64,000 nucleotides of DNA from Candidatus Poribacteria bacterium (GCA_965214095.1 OZ243938.1:5088001-5152000); one strand, 5' to 3'. Counted from the first letter of the stretch, positions 20,265 to 30,580 are shown. Numbers and translations: made by a program. The notes: generated by a model not told the origin, from the letters alone.

Positions 20265-21617
20265 CTATTCCAGTGAAAGAGTTACATCAATCTGTTCACC
20301 ATTACGTAGTAATTTCACCAGCAAAGACTTTGCTTGTGCTTGTTCTTGTAACACATAACCGATTACACCGCTTTCTGAAAGGCGGTCTGTACGTTCACCG
20401 AAACCAACAATGATGTCACCACGACGGATTCCTGCCCTTTGTGCATTCGTCTGTCCACCACCTCTACGTCTATCGCGACGAGCAAGATTCTCAACATGTA
20501 ATGCCATCGCAGTGTGATCAATCCCACTTTGTTTTCGTTCAGCATCAGACAAGTCTTGAAGCGTCATCCCACCGAGGGCAACAAGACGCAGTTCACCTGT
20601 TGTCGTACGCCAAGAGATATCGCTCTGTTTACGCCAACCAGGGTTGAGTGTAAGATTGAGAGAAATCTCTTCTCCATGACGATTTACTTTTGCCGGTAAT
20701 GTAGTGTTTTCTGGAGAACGGTGCAACACCCACTGCAAATCTGCAATAGAGATGATCGGTTGTCCAGCAAGCGTTAAGACTTCATCCGCCCGTTCAAATC
20801 CATCTTTTTCTGCAGAAGAACCTGGTGTGACTCTACTAACTTTCGCACGATGTTTTGAAGAAAAGTGAATACCTAACAGGTCTGGCATTGGAAAAGGATA
20901 TAACACTTCATCTGGCACCGGTTTCCTATCATACCAGTGAATCTCACGCCTTGCTTCACCAATTTGATGGCAATGAATACACTGTCCTCCAAGCCGTTGA
21001 TTGAGATTCACATCGGATGGAAAACGTAATAAAGCAGGATAAGCCTCGGGTGTTTTCTTTAACGGTTCAGGACCTGTTTTGGCTGCTAAAATATCCTTGT
21101 TCTCTGGGTAACCTTCATGTAATTCAAGAGCGGCTTCAAGTGCAAGTTTAAATCCCTCTATAGATATATCTTTGCCAGCATTTCGGAAGTCAGTCCGTGT
21201 TCCGAAACGTCCGTAAATTGTTCTGTCTGCATTCATGAAAAATACTGCAAAAGTGAGATCATAATCAAATTGAAACAGAGATAGATCAATTCCGTTTCCC
21301 TGTACAATCCGAACCCGTACAAACTGTTCCATTAAATCTTTGATTTCTTTATCGTGACGAACAACCTGTTCGTCAAAGTCTTGGCAAGACACTCACGGCA
21401 CTCAGCGGAAAACTACTAATAACGGTTGTTCTGTCTTTTCCGCTTGTTCAATCCCCTTATCAAGGTCGTTATAGATCCAATAGCCAGTAGATTTCACCAT
21501 CACTTGATCTTGTGCGACTTCTCTGTCTCCATCTCCAAAACACAGGATAACTGCAGACACGAAAATCATAAAGATCAAAAAATGTTTCAATAATTTCATC
21601 AACGTTTCAAACTCCAT
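20265..21617 (-). CDS. Thioredoxin-like/PDZ selenoprotein with two in-frame UGA (U-V-P-U), about 450 aa
   Basis: ORFs 21402..21617 and 20265..21392 are in frame and read PLLVVFR-TGA-V-P-TGA-VSCQDFDEQV; signal peptide, Trx fold, CIHCH, two PDZ-like domains. Confidence 0.85.
21355..21390 (-). promoter_or_regulatory. Candidate bacterial SECIS hairpins
   Basis: mRNA GUCUU-GCC-AAGAC (21390-21378), then perfect 9-bp stem UGACGAACA-GGU-UGUUCGUCA (21375-21355); G-led loop 26 nt after the second UGA and 35 nt after the first. Confidence 0.7.
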
Positions 21618-21752
21618 ATATCAAAAAAATGTAATGTGTTTTACATGTTTTTTGATATACAAGTATTGAAATTGTTCGTTATTTTCAAAATGTTTTGTTT
21701 GACAAGAAATTTGGAATCTTTGGATAAGAAACGCTTACTCTATGACATTCTA

Positions 21753-24002
21753 TCATTTATCTGTAATATCCCAAATGAGTACCGTGCCATCCAAACTGCC
21801 ACTCGCAAGCGTGCTTCCATCAGAACTATATGCAAGGGAAGTTAACCCGAACTGCCCACTAAAGGACGAAATGATTTGAAATAAATTCATGTCCCAAAAG
21901 TGGATAGAACCATCACCATTCCCATTTGCCAGTATTTTTCCATCAGGACTGTAAACGAGTGAGGATACCTTACTTCGACCTCGCGCAGTGATATTTGGTG
22001 GGTCATCAATTTCCCTTGGCAGACTCGGAGACGGGTCAAAAAGATCGTTTCCAATAAGAGAAACTTTGTGCTTACCTGTATTTGGATCCCATAAATGGAT
22101 TGAACCATCTCCACATCCACTTGCAAGTGTTCTCCCATCAGGACTGAAGGTGACAGTCTGTATTCTATCTGTATGTCCTTCAAGCGTAGTAATAAGTTTC
22201 CGATTACGTACATCCCATAGACATATAGTTTTATCCTTACTACCACTTGCAGCTATACTTCCATCTGGACTCAAAGCAACTGAAGTGATTTGGTCTGTAT
22301 GTCCCTTTAGTTTTGCTTTCTGGGGACCAATGAAAAATCCCAAAACTCGTTGGAATATTGAATCTGATTCTGCAGCCTTTGCATCCCAAATTCGTAGCAT
22401 TCCATCTGAACCACCTGTTACAAAGATATTGCCTTCGGTATTATACGATATTCCACCACCATGTGATATATGATAACTATTCTTATCTATTGCTTTACTA
22501 TGTCCTTTTTGAGTCTTCTGATATGCGCCTGTTTCCGCGTTCCAAAAGAAGATTTCTGCTTTTCCTGCAGGACGCATATTTAGGCTTGCTAACGTTTTTC
22601 CGTGTGGAACAAATGTCAGAGATTGAATATATAATTGATACGGATACCCATCACAAGTAGTATTGAGTTTTCCATTTACCACATCCCATAGCCTAATCTT
22701 CTCTAGATGATGACCACTTGCGAGAATATTTCCCTCATTATTAAATGCAATAGAACTTACTTCACCGTTATGGCGTTTAATGATATGACGTAGTCCAGAT
22801 TTTTTTGTATTTTCTTTATCTATTTTCCATAAGTAAATACGTGTTTCTTCATTATTCATAGAACTTCGTGCAGCAAGCGTGCGTCCATCTGGACTAAACA
22901 TTAGATAATAGAAGTGTCCATTTTCTCTAAATAAAAATTTGGGTTCTCCATCCTCAGTATTCCAAAAGATTATACCACCATTTGTTGATACAGCGAGTGT
23001 GCGTCCATCTGGACTGAATTTAATTGATGTAACTCTTTTTGTTGGATAATTCACTATCTTAGGTATGTTATTAGCTATAGCCAGGATTTTTAAATTTCGT
23101 GGATCGTTGGCCAGTGTATTCTTCAGTTGACCTGTCTGTGTATCCCATAACTGCACCTTATAATCATCGATTCGTGCCGTAGCGAGTGTCTGCCCATCTG
23201 GTGATATTGTAAATGGATGTCGATAATGACCTTCAAGTTCAATTCTCATTTGCAACTTACCAGTATTTGAATCCCAGAACTTCGCTTCATTTTTAGAAAA
23301 ACAGAATAGAGCACTCCCATCGTTGATAAAAACAATGTTATTAGCACCTGTTGTATCTTCTAATTTTGCTATAAAACTTCCAGTTTCAATGTCCCATACC
23401 AGAACTTCTTTTTTTTTGCTACTTACTATAGTTTTTCTATTCGGACTAAACATCACACTGGAAACTCTTTTGTGGGGTGTTGTAATCACACGGTGTTCCC
23501 CATTTTCAATGTTCCATAGCCTTATTTTGTTCGAATAATCTGTACTTGCAAGCATTTTTCCATCAGAACTAAAACTGACTGATAAAACTCTATTGGTATG
23601 ACCCTCAAGGGTGGTTTTGATTTGGTTGGAATTTAAATCCCATATATCAATCTTATGCTTTCGCATATTTGCACAGAGTTGTAAATCTGGACTTAGAATG
23701 ATATTATCTGTCAAATATCCATTTATTTTTGATAAACTTATCTCTTTTCCTGTCATAACATCGTATAACCAGACACCAATAGAAGTTATCACAGCAAGTT
23801 TCGTATTGTCAGATGAAAATTGATATGAATTTCCCTTTCCTATAGTCGTGAGATGGCTTTCCAGGTTTGCCATTTTGCCCTTACCAAGTCTCAACTTTGC
23901 ACCTTTTGGCAATTCCCATAGTGTGTAGTCATCCGAATATGAGTATGAAAGAAATGTCAAAGTTAATAGAGATATTGCAATCATTGCATGAATCGTTCTC
24001 AT
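21753..24002 (-). CDS. Secreted WD40-repeat protein
   Basis: Signal peptide; WELPKGAKLRLGKG cap; many GH..V.S..FSPDG.LAS..D..I.LWD repeats. Confidence 0.92.
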   Translation of the reverse strand: MRTIHAMIAISLLTLTFLSYSYSDDYTLWELPKGAKLRLGKGKMANLESHLTTIGKGNSYQFSSDNTKLAVITSIGVWLYDVMTGKEISLSKINGYLTDNIILSPDLQLCANMRKHKIDIWDLNSNQIKTTLEGHTNRVLSVSFSSDGKMLASTDYSNKIRLWNIENGEHRVITTPHKRVSSVMFSPNRKTIVSSKKKEVLVWDIETGSFIAKLEDTTGANNIVFINDGSALFCFSKNEAKFWDSNTGKLQMRIELEGHYRHPFTISPDGQTLATARIDDYKVQLWDTQTGQLKNTLANDPRNLKILAIANNIPKIVNYPTKRVTSIKFSPDGRTLAVSTNGGIIFWNTEDGEPKFLFRENGHFYYLMFSPDGRTLAARSSMNNEETRIYLWKIDKENTKKSGLRHIIKRHNGEVSSIAFNNEGNILASGHHLEKIRLWDVVNGKLNTTCDGYPYQLYIQSLTFVPHGKTLASLNMRPAGKAEIFFWNAETGAYQKTQKGHSKAIDKNSYHISHGGGISYNTEGNIFVTGGSDGMLRIWDAKAAESDSIFQRVLGFFIGPQKAKLKGHTDQITSVALSPDGSIAASGSKDKTICLWDVRNRKLITTLEGHTDRIQTVTFSPDGRTLASGCGDGSIHLWDPNTGKHKVSLIGNDLFDPSPSLPREIDDPPNITARGRSKVSSLVYSPDGKILANGNGDGSIHFWDMNLFQIISSFSGQFGLTSLAYSSDGSTLASGSLDGTVLIWDITDK

Positions 24003-24037
24003 AATTAAATACTCCTCACATTAACAATCTATAACAA

Positions 24038-24457
24038 TTAACCCATCTGATACAGCATCAGATAAATTAGAACTCCAGTAACAGAAACATATAGCCAAAT
24101 TGGCAAAGTGATTTTAGCAATACGTCTGTGTTTATCAAACCTTTCTCTCCACGCCAAATAAAGCGTGACCAAGGCTAAAGGAATTATAATAAACGCTAAT
24201 ATTATATGCGAAATCAGTATCGTAAAGTAGACTGGTCGTATCCATCCCTCATGCAAAAACTTTGTAGATCCAGCATTGGCGTGATATATACAATAACTTA
24301 TCAAAAAAAGTATTGAGACACCGAATGCAGCAAGCATACACTTCTTATGCTGTTCAATTTTCCGATTACGAATAAAGACATATCCTACAATTAAAAGGAC
24401 AGCACTGGTTGTATTTAGGATTGCATTGACAGTAGGTAGATTTGATATTTCAAACAT
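24038..24457 (-). CDS. DUF420 family membrane protein
   Basis: LPTVNAILN, HKKCM, YFTILISHIILA, HRRIA..TLPIWLYVSVTGV. Confidence 0.9.
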   Translation of the reverse strand: MFEISNLPTVNAILNTTSAVLLIVGYVFIRNRKIEQHKKCMLAAFGVSILFLISYCIYHANAGSTKFLHEGWIRPVYFTILISHIILAFIIIPLALVTLYLAWRERFDKHRRIAKITLPIWLYVSVTGVLIYLMLYQMG

Positions 24458-24471
24458 GTTTTCTCTCTATC

Positions 24472-25350
24472 TTACCGAAGCCATCGGTATGCTTGCACAC
24501 CTTTGGAATTCTGCAGGGCAAACTCCCACCTTTTACACCATGTTTCATAATCTGTTTGACATGCTTCAGGACGCAGACGACTCCGCATCAAAAAAGATGG
24601 GTAGTAGGGTCTACCTGTCGGTTGATACACATCGTGATAACGCAAATCTAAACTCCATCGAACTGTATCAGATTTATTCGGTTTAGCACTGTGTAGCGTG
24701 TAATTATGAAACAAAATTACACCACCAGCGCGTATTGGCAAAACCTCTGGTGTTAAGTTCGGTGGTTGATGTTCAGGTGGAACTGCTAATCCTGCTTCAT
24801 TCCAACCGTGCGTTAACAACCCAAATTTATGACTACCCGGTAGCACTTGTAGACACCCATTTTCTTCAGTCACATCTACAATTGGAATCCAGATCGTAAG
24901 CATGAAGTATGGGTCTGTGTCTGGCCAACACACTCCTGCGTCCTGATGCCAAGGTATCGGCAATTGTTGAGTCTTCTCTATTGGTAGAATTGGACGGATA
25001 TGTTGTATTGGATTACACACAATCTCAGAACCAACAAGTGATTCTGCAAGATCAAGGATCTTTGGATTTTTGAGGAAGTTGAACGTTGCTTCTCCGCGCG
25101 CTCGCATAATGTCTAAGTCTGATGTTACCTCTGATGCTTCGGCAGCAAGGCACAGCAGACGTTCAGTGAATGGTTTTTCAGTGTATGTAGAAGTTGTCTT
25201 CCCTCCCTTGTATAGTTTCTCAGCACGTTTATCAATAATATCAGAATACTCATCAATCACAGAAGCTAAGTCCCTCTCATCCAATATATCTTCAAGTAGA
25301 AGATACCCGTTCTCATGGAAAAACGATACTTCCGATTCAGTTAGACGCAT
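24472..25350 (-). CDS. Phytanoyl-CoA dioxygenase (PhyH) family
   Basis: FFHENGYL, PWHQD, NGCLQVLPGSH, distal H..R; start moved to ATG 25350 after GGAGG. Confidence 0.9.
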   Translation of the reverse strand: MRLTESEVSFFHENGYLLLEDILDERDLASVIDEYSDIIDKRAEKLYKGGKTTSTYTEKPFTERLLCLAAEASEVTSDLDIMRARGEATFNFLKNPKILDLAESLVGSEIVCNPIQHIRPILPIEKTQQLPIPWHQDAGVCWPDTDPYFMLTIWIPIVDVTEENGCLQVLPGSHKFGLLTHGWNEAGLAVPPEHQPPNLTPEVLPIRAGGVILFHNYTLHSAKPNKSDTVRWSLDLRYHDVYQPTGRPYYPSFLMRSRLRPEACQTDYETWCKRWEFALQNSKGVQAYRWLR

Positions 25351-25372
25351 AAAAACCCTCCATGTGTCGTCT

Positions 25373-26179
25373 TTATCCCCATCTCTGTTCAGGCGGATCA
25401 AAGACAAATCCGTGAAAAAACTTACGTTGTTCAGGTGAAAGTTGTGAGTTATAGAAGTCTTTTGGATACCCCCAATGTTCTTGTGAGGCAATCATCCATG
25501 GATGTTCATAAGCGTAATATAACATTTCACGTGTCGCTTCCGGCTTGGTAAAAATACCGGCTGAATGCCAGAGCGCGTTATGAAACAGTATAGCACTGCC
25601 TGCAGGTGCACATACCTCCAATGCTCCAGGATATTGATACGGATAACGCAAGTCTTCATGATTTGGTTCATTCAACGCTTTATGACTACCCGGTATGAGC
25701 CAAAGATTACCTTGTCCACTATCTGTCATATCTGTGAGATAGTACCCAACTTTGAGTTGTAGCAAGGGAATTGGACGCAGGTTGCGAAAACCATCATCAT
25801 GTCCATCAATGTGCCATCCCATCGGACGATCCATAAGTTCCTCGCCAAATTCAACAAGGGCATCTGATGCGTGGTGGTGCGGCATCTGATTGAGAAGACC
25901 CGCGACATAAGGTAGCATCGGCTGCCAATCCAACAGTTCTAAGAACAGCGGATGATCACCAAGAATATAGAAGATACGTGTGCTCTTCTCTCCGTGAATA
26001 TGTGTCATTCCTGTTTGCTGTAAACCTTTTTCCTCACATTCACGACGTTTATCAATTGTGTCTGCAAGGGTACTTCTAAGAGAAGTTATATGTGCTTCTT
26101 CAAGAAAAGACTCTAATACCAAATATCCGTTGTTTTCAAAGAAGAAACGTTGTGCATCCGTTAACTCGTGTGTCATCAT
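25373..26179 (-). CDS. Phytanoyl-CoA dioxygenase (PhyH) family
   Basis: FENNGYL, WHID, IPGSH, AGSAILFHNALWH. Confidence 0.9.
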   Translation of the reverse strand: MMTHELTDAQRFFFENNGYLVLESFLEEAHITSLRSTLADTIDKRRECEEKGLQQTGMTHIHGEKSTRIFYILGDHPLFLELLDWQPMLPYVAGLLNQMPHHHASDALVEFGEELMDRPMGWHIDGHDDGFRNLRPIPLLQLKVGYYLTDMTDSGQGNLWLIPGSHKALNEPNHEDLRYPYQYPGALEVCAPAGSAILFHNALWHSAGIFTKPEATREMLYYAYEHPWMIASQEHWGYPKDFYNSQLSPEQRKFFHGFVFDPPEQRWG

Positions 26180-26194
26180 ACTTTTCCTTTAGAC

Positions 26195-26297
26195 TATGGT
26201 GAAGCATAGAATTATATCTACACTTTCTATCAACGGTAGGCGAGGTTTCCTAACCTCGCCTAAGCAATGTATAGAATTAATTCAATAATTTACCATA
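26195..26297. mobile_element. 103-bp MITE (family B, diverged) with GTAG REP
   Basis: Ends tatggtgaa/tttaccata; cggtaggcgaggtttcctaacctcgcc identical to the 38208 and 56841 copies; same length. Confidence 0.7.
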
Positions 26298-27261
26298 AAT
26301 CAAATAGTGCGGCTGCGTTTTCTCCAAATATCCGTTCTTTTGCCTTTTTAGGAATATCCATTTCTTCAATTAAGGATACAAATCTCGGCATATCCACCCA
26401 AGGATGATCTGACCCAAAAAGAAGATGGTTCTCTCCAGAAAACTGATATGCAAAATGCAGTGCCTGAAGCGAAGGTGATACAGTGTCCAGATAGACGCGA
26501 CGCAAATATGCACTCGGTGGTTTTGTAATGTTCTCCCTTGCTCTACCCAATACTTCTGTTTGGTGATCTATACGACCGCTCATATAAGGTAGAATCCCAC
26601 CCACATGTGGCAGAACAATTTGTAATTCTGGTAGCCGTTCCAAGATACCACTCAGAATCAGTCGTAATAACGCGAAACTGCTATCGACTTGTAATCCCAT
26701 CATACCGATCATCCAGTGATCTTTTATCGCATCCCCCCAAGTTGGTACCGTGGGATGCATGACAATAGGCATCTGCAATGAAACTGCATGAGCAAAAACT
26801 GGTTCAAATTCAGGTGCATCAACAGGTTTCCCACCAATATGAGAATAGAGCATTATCCCACGGAATCCCATTTCCTTCACTCTATCCATCTCTGTTATGG
26901 CTTCATCAGGGTTCTGCCAAGGTAGGCATGCCAATCCCGCAAATCGGTGAGGATACTGTGCTACAAGTTCAGCGATAGCATTGTTTATGGCTTGTGCTCC
27001 TTTGTTACCAAATTCAGGCGAGAGCATGCATGGAGGCGGTATATTGGTACTAAGCAGTGCCATGTCCACCTCTGCTACATCCATATCCTTGAGTTTTTGC
27101 TTCGGGTCATATACATCGTTCTGCAGTCGAAATGTTTGGACATTACCATAGGTAACGATAGACTCCTTTCCACGACGAATTACCTGCGGCGGATGTGGGT
27201 TTTGTGCAAGTATTTCAATGTATTCGCTTGGAAATATGTGACTTTGACAATCAATTCGCAT
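26290..27261 (-). CDS. Amidohydrolase_2 family (ACMSD-like metal-dependent decarboxylase/hydrolase)
   Basis: IDCQSH, MHP, HVGG, LFGSDHP, IFGENA. Confidence 0.88.
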   Translation of the reverse strand: MRIDCQSHIFPSEYIEILAQNPHPPQVIRRGKESIVTYGNVQTFRLQNDVYDPKQKLKDMDVAEVDMALLSTNIPPPCMLSPEFGNKGAQAINNAIAELVAQYPHRFAGLACLPWQNPDEAITEMDRVKEMGFRGIMLYSHIGGKPVDAPEFEPVFAHAVSLQMPIVMHPTVPTWGDAIKDHWMIGMMGLQVDSSFALLRLILSGILERLPELQIVLPHVGGILPYMSGRIDHQTEVLGRARENITKPPSAYLRRVYLDTVSPSLQALHFAYQFSGENHLLFGSDHPWVDMPRFVSLIEEMDIPKKAKERIFGENAAALFDLW

Positions 27262-27315
27262 TATTCATCAATCATAATTGGACAGAAATCTAATCAAATG
27301 CTAAAACTACGTGTA

Positions 27316-30300
27316 TTACATTCCTCCACGCGGACTCCATTGTACCATATAATCGGAAGGCACTTCGCGGATGAACATAGACGTAGAAAGCTCACGATCA
27401 CCATATCGGTAGATTGTAGATGACAGAAACAGTTGCTTCTGAGCACGAGTCATACCTACGTAAAAAAGCCGACGTTCCTCTTCAAGCTCAGCATCAGTGG
27501 TGTCCTGTTTCCACATCGGAAAACTCCCTTCCTCCATTCCGATGATTATGACAACAGGAAATTCCGTGCCTTTTGCAGCATGAAGTGTCATTAATGTAAT
27601 CTGTTCTGTGTCATCATCTATCTCATCATAATTCGTCAGTAATTTCTGAAAACCCAAGAACTCTAATAGGCTGTTCCCTTGATCTGACTTCAGATATTGC
27701 AAAAGTAGAGTCCGAAACTTTGATTTAGTTTCTATCCAAGCAGTGTCCTCTTGCATAATAGGAACATCAGTCTCTTCTAACTCTTTAAAGTAAGCTTCAA
27801 CTTGTTCCTCTTCTGTTGACTCAAAGGGGAGATCTTCATGTATCTGTTGAGAACCTTCCTTGACCACACGTATAGCAGCGTTTAAAAATGCCCTCTCTTC
27901 TGTAATATTCTTGTCGTTTTTAACTGAAATATCTGTTTTGTCAAGAATACCAAGACCAACAAACGGCAATAAATCGGTAAGTGATTGCACTTCTCGCTTC
28001 TTTAGGTCAATCCTTATCAATTCCTTGAAAATTTGTCTGTTTACTTCAACATCTTCCATAGCACGATGTAAAGTTTTGTGTTCAATTCCAAATTTCTCAG
28101 CAAGTGATTCAATACCACATCGTTGACGAGGAAATAGTCTACGTGCGGTGACAAGTGTATCGTAGTAGGGATTTGTCAGATTCTGATCTAAACAATCCTG
28201 TAATCCACGTTCCAGAATTGGGTTGTCATACTGCGCGACATTATGTCCAATTAGGATACGATCTTGAATGAAACTATAGAATTTCGGGAGAACCATCTCA
28301 ATACTCGGTGCGTCCTTTACATCCTCACTACTTATACCGTGAACTTTCGTAACTGACGGTGGTATGTATCCACCGGGTGGTTTCACTAAGCGAGAAAACT
28401 TCTCAACTTCATTGCCAATTACATTAAGCCGTTTCGCTGCAATCTCAACAATATTTGCGCGTCTGATATCAACACCTGTAGTTTCTAAATCATAAATCAC
28501 CATATCAGACATATTCGGTGTTTCAAATCTACTCAATAACCGTTGGCAAAGTTTTAATGCGGCGATACAACGTATCTTACCTGAACCAAGTTGAATCACA
28601 TCTGACTGTTCAGAGATGGTAGTACCGATAAGAATTGATCTCGTCTCTATACCCTTTTCTCCCAGTTCTCCAAAGTCGCCAATAAGTATATTAACTGCAT
28701 TTCTGTTGAGTAGCTGTTCACTGTCACCATCTGAGGTTTCATTTTTGGGTAAATATTGGACTTCTACATTCTGATCAAGATAAGATTGTAGTGTTTGACT
28801 AATTATATATGCTGAACAATATTCATCTATGCCATAACTTGCAGTGATCTGAATTTGTTCACCACGATCAAGAACACTATACAGAACATCTTGGGCCAAA
28901 CCCAAATTTGATAAATCCGACTTATTCTCAATAGCAGCTAACTCTTTGTTGCGGTATGGACTTCGTATCATGTCTAATTTTTCAAATAGAATATTGACAA
29001 TTTTATCTATTTTTTTATCTTCAATTTCATCTTCCAATGTTGCCAATTGTTCCCAAAAACTACTGATGTTCTTTCGTGTTAATGGACCGACATCCTCTGG
29101 ATACTGTTCAATATTCCGTAGGAGTTCTTCCAATTCTAATTTTTCACGTTTTGCTAACCACTTCAGTCGCACCCAAGTAAGATCGTCAACCCTTTTTTCA
29201 GGAAAGTTAATTGCGATTTCTAAGTCACGTGGAAGTCGCCACTGAATATAACAGAGATATGAAAGAATACCCTTCAGTCTTTCGTCATCAAAGGAATTGG
29301 TTGGTCGTATCCGTTGAAATTTTATTTTAGATCGTATCAATTCTTCTGTCAGAACATCCGCGAGTCTGTGTGTCCTGTAAAATACGGCAATGTCGCGATA
29401 TGAAACATTCCGTTCACTAATCAATTTACTGATAATCCTGATAATAGTGCGTGCTTCCTCAACAGGAGTCATAAATGTATAGTGAAATATATCCCGTCCT
29501 TCATCTTTGTGGGATATAAGACTGTGCTGAGCCTGTCGCAAAGGATTATTCGCAATTACTTCTTCTGCAGCGCGTAGAATCGTTTCACTACATCTATAAT
29601 GATCGTCTAATTCAACTGTATATGGAGAGTAATTAGTTTTGAAATCGTCTATGAACTGCGGATTTGACCCGCGCCAACTGTAGATAGACTGGTCAGCATC
29701 CGCAACAACCATCAGATTGTTCTCTGGTGGAGCAGTAAGGAAACGAAGAAGTTGGTATTGAACTTCGTTCACATCATGATATTCGTCAACAAGGATGTGT
29801 GAAATCTTTTGATGGTATTCCTGCTGTACTTCAGCAACTTGTTCAAAAAGTATCACCGTTCTTATCAACAGATCATCAAAATCAAAGGCATTGTATTCAT
29901 TAAGTTTGCTATGATAGGCATTGAAGGCATTTACTATATTCGCTTCAGCATCAGGATCGTCTATTTCCGCGATATAATCCTGTTTAATCTCTATATTATT
30001 CTGAGCATAATCAAGTTTGCATTTTGCGTCGCTGATTGCATTCCGTAGTAACCACACAGGATAATCATTTGGGTGAAGATTCAACTCCTTTATGACTTCT
30101 ACGAGTATTTCATCCTGTATTTCTTGGTCAAAAATAGCAAAGTTTTCACTCAGACCGATGTGATGTACGTGACTTCTGAGCACCTTCACACAAAAAGCAT
30201 GAAATGTGGAAACATTAATATTTGAACCGTGCGGTTCTCCAATTTCATTGTTGACACGATCACGCATCTCTTGTGCGGCTTTATTCGTAAAAGTAATCGC

Positions 30301-30465
30301 AAGGATATTACCAGGCTTGATTCCGTGATGACGAATTAGGTAAGCAATACGGTGCGTAATGACTTTTGTTTTACCCGTACCAGGACCTGCAATTACAAGT
30401 ATCGGTCCAGTGTTGTGTTTTACTGCTTCTGTCTGTTTTTCATTTAAATCGTGGAGAATGTTCAT
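27316..30465 (-). CDS. UvrD/PcrA-type SF1A helicase with inserted degenerate RecJ-DHH and DEDDh exonuclease domains
   Basis: AGPGTGKT, TFTNKAA, TFH, VDEYHD, DADQSIYSWRG, YR, TLHAAKGTEF, EERRLFYVGMTRA; insert has DLETTG, GHN..YD and HRAMED. Confidence 0.9.
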   Translation of the reverse strand: MNILHDLNEKQTEAVKHNTGPILVIAGPGTGKTKVITHRIAYLIRHHGIKPGNILAITFTNKAAQEMRDRVNNEIGEPHGSNINVSTFHAFCVKVLRSHVHHIGLSENFAIFDQEIQDEILVEVIKELNLHPNDYPVWLLRNAISDAKCKLDYAQNNIEIKQDYIAEIDDPDAEANIVNAFNAYHSKLNEYNAFDFDDLLIRTVILFEQVAEVQQEYHQKISHILVDEYHDVNEVQYQLLRFLTAPPENNLMVVADADQSIYSWRGSNPQFIDDFKTNYSPYTVELDDHYRCSETILRAAEEVIANNPLRQAQHSLISHKDEGRDIFHYTFMTPVEEARTIIRIISKLISERNVSYRDIAVFYRTHRLADVLTEELIRSKIKFQRIRPTNSFDDERLKGILSYLCYIQWRLPRDLEIAINFPEKRVDDLTWVRLKWLAKREKLELEELLRNIEQYPEDVGPLTRKNISSFWEQLATLEDEIEDKKIDKIVNILFEKLDMIRSPYRNKELAAIENKSDLSNLGLAQDVLYSVLDRGEQIQITASYGIDEYCSAYIISQTLQSYLDQNVEVQYLPKNETSDGDSEQLLNRNAVNILIGDFGELGEKGIETRSILIGTTISEQSDVIQLGSGKIRCIAALKLCQRLLSRFETPNMSDMVIYDLETTGVDIRRANIVEIAAKRLNVIGNEVEKFSRLVKPPGGYIPPSVTKVHGISSEDVKDAPSIEMVLPKFYSFIQDRILIGHNVAQYDNPILERGLQDCLDQNLTNPYYDTLVTARRLFPRQRCGIESLAEKFGIEHKTLHRAMEDVEVNRQIFKELIRIDLKKREVQSLTDLLPFVGLGILDKTDISVKNDKNITEERAFLNAAIRVVKEGSQQIHEDLPFESTEEEQVEAYFKELEETDVPIMQEDTAWIETKSKFRTLLLQYLKSDQGNSLLEFLGFQKLLTNYDEIDDDTEQITLMTLHAAKGTEFPVVIIIGMEEGSFPMWKQDTTDAELEEERRLFYVGMTRAQKQLFLSSTIYRYGDRELSTSMFIREVPSDYMVQWSPRGGM

Positions 30466-30580
30466 CTATGAAAACCTATGTATTATAATGATAATTAAAT
30501 CTTATTTCAATGTTCTGATAGTATATCTAATATTATGTCATATTACAAGCATTTTGAGTGAAATAATTGCGTTTGTAATG

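Noticed and set aside
21393-21404. Global UGA reassignment (code 4/25) or simple pseudogene as the explanation of the two TGAs
   Set aside because: Other genes end normally at TGA (e.g. lpxB, 21753, 52051) and Trp is TGG. Two nonsense mutations landing exactly on CxxC positions with a hairpin behind them is unlikely
25351-25491. Overlap of the two PhyH ORFs suggesting a frameshifted fusion
   Set aside because: Each has a complete PhyH domain and the downstream gene has its own GGAGG RBS and ATG
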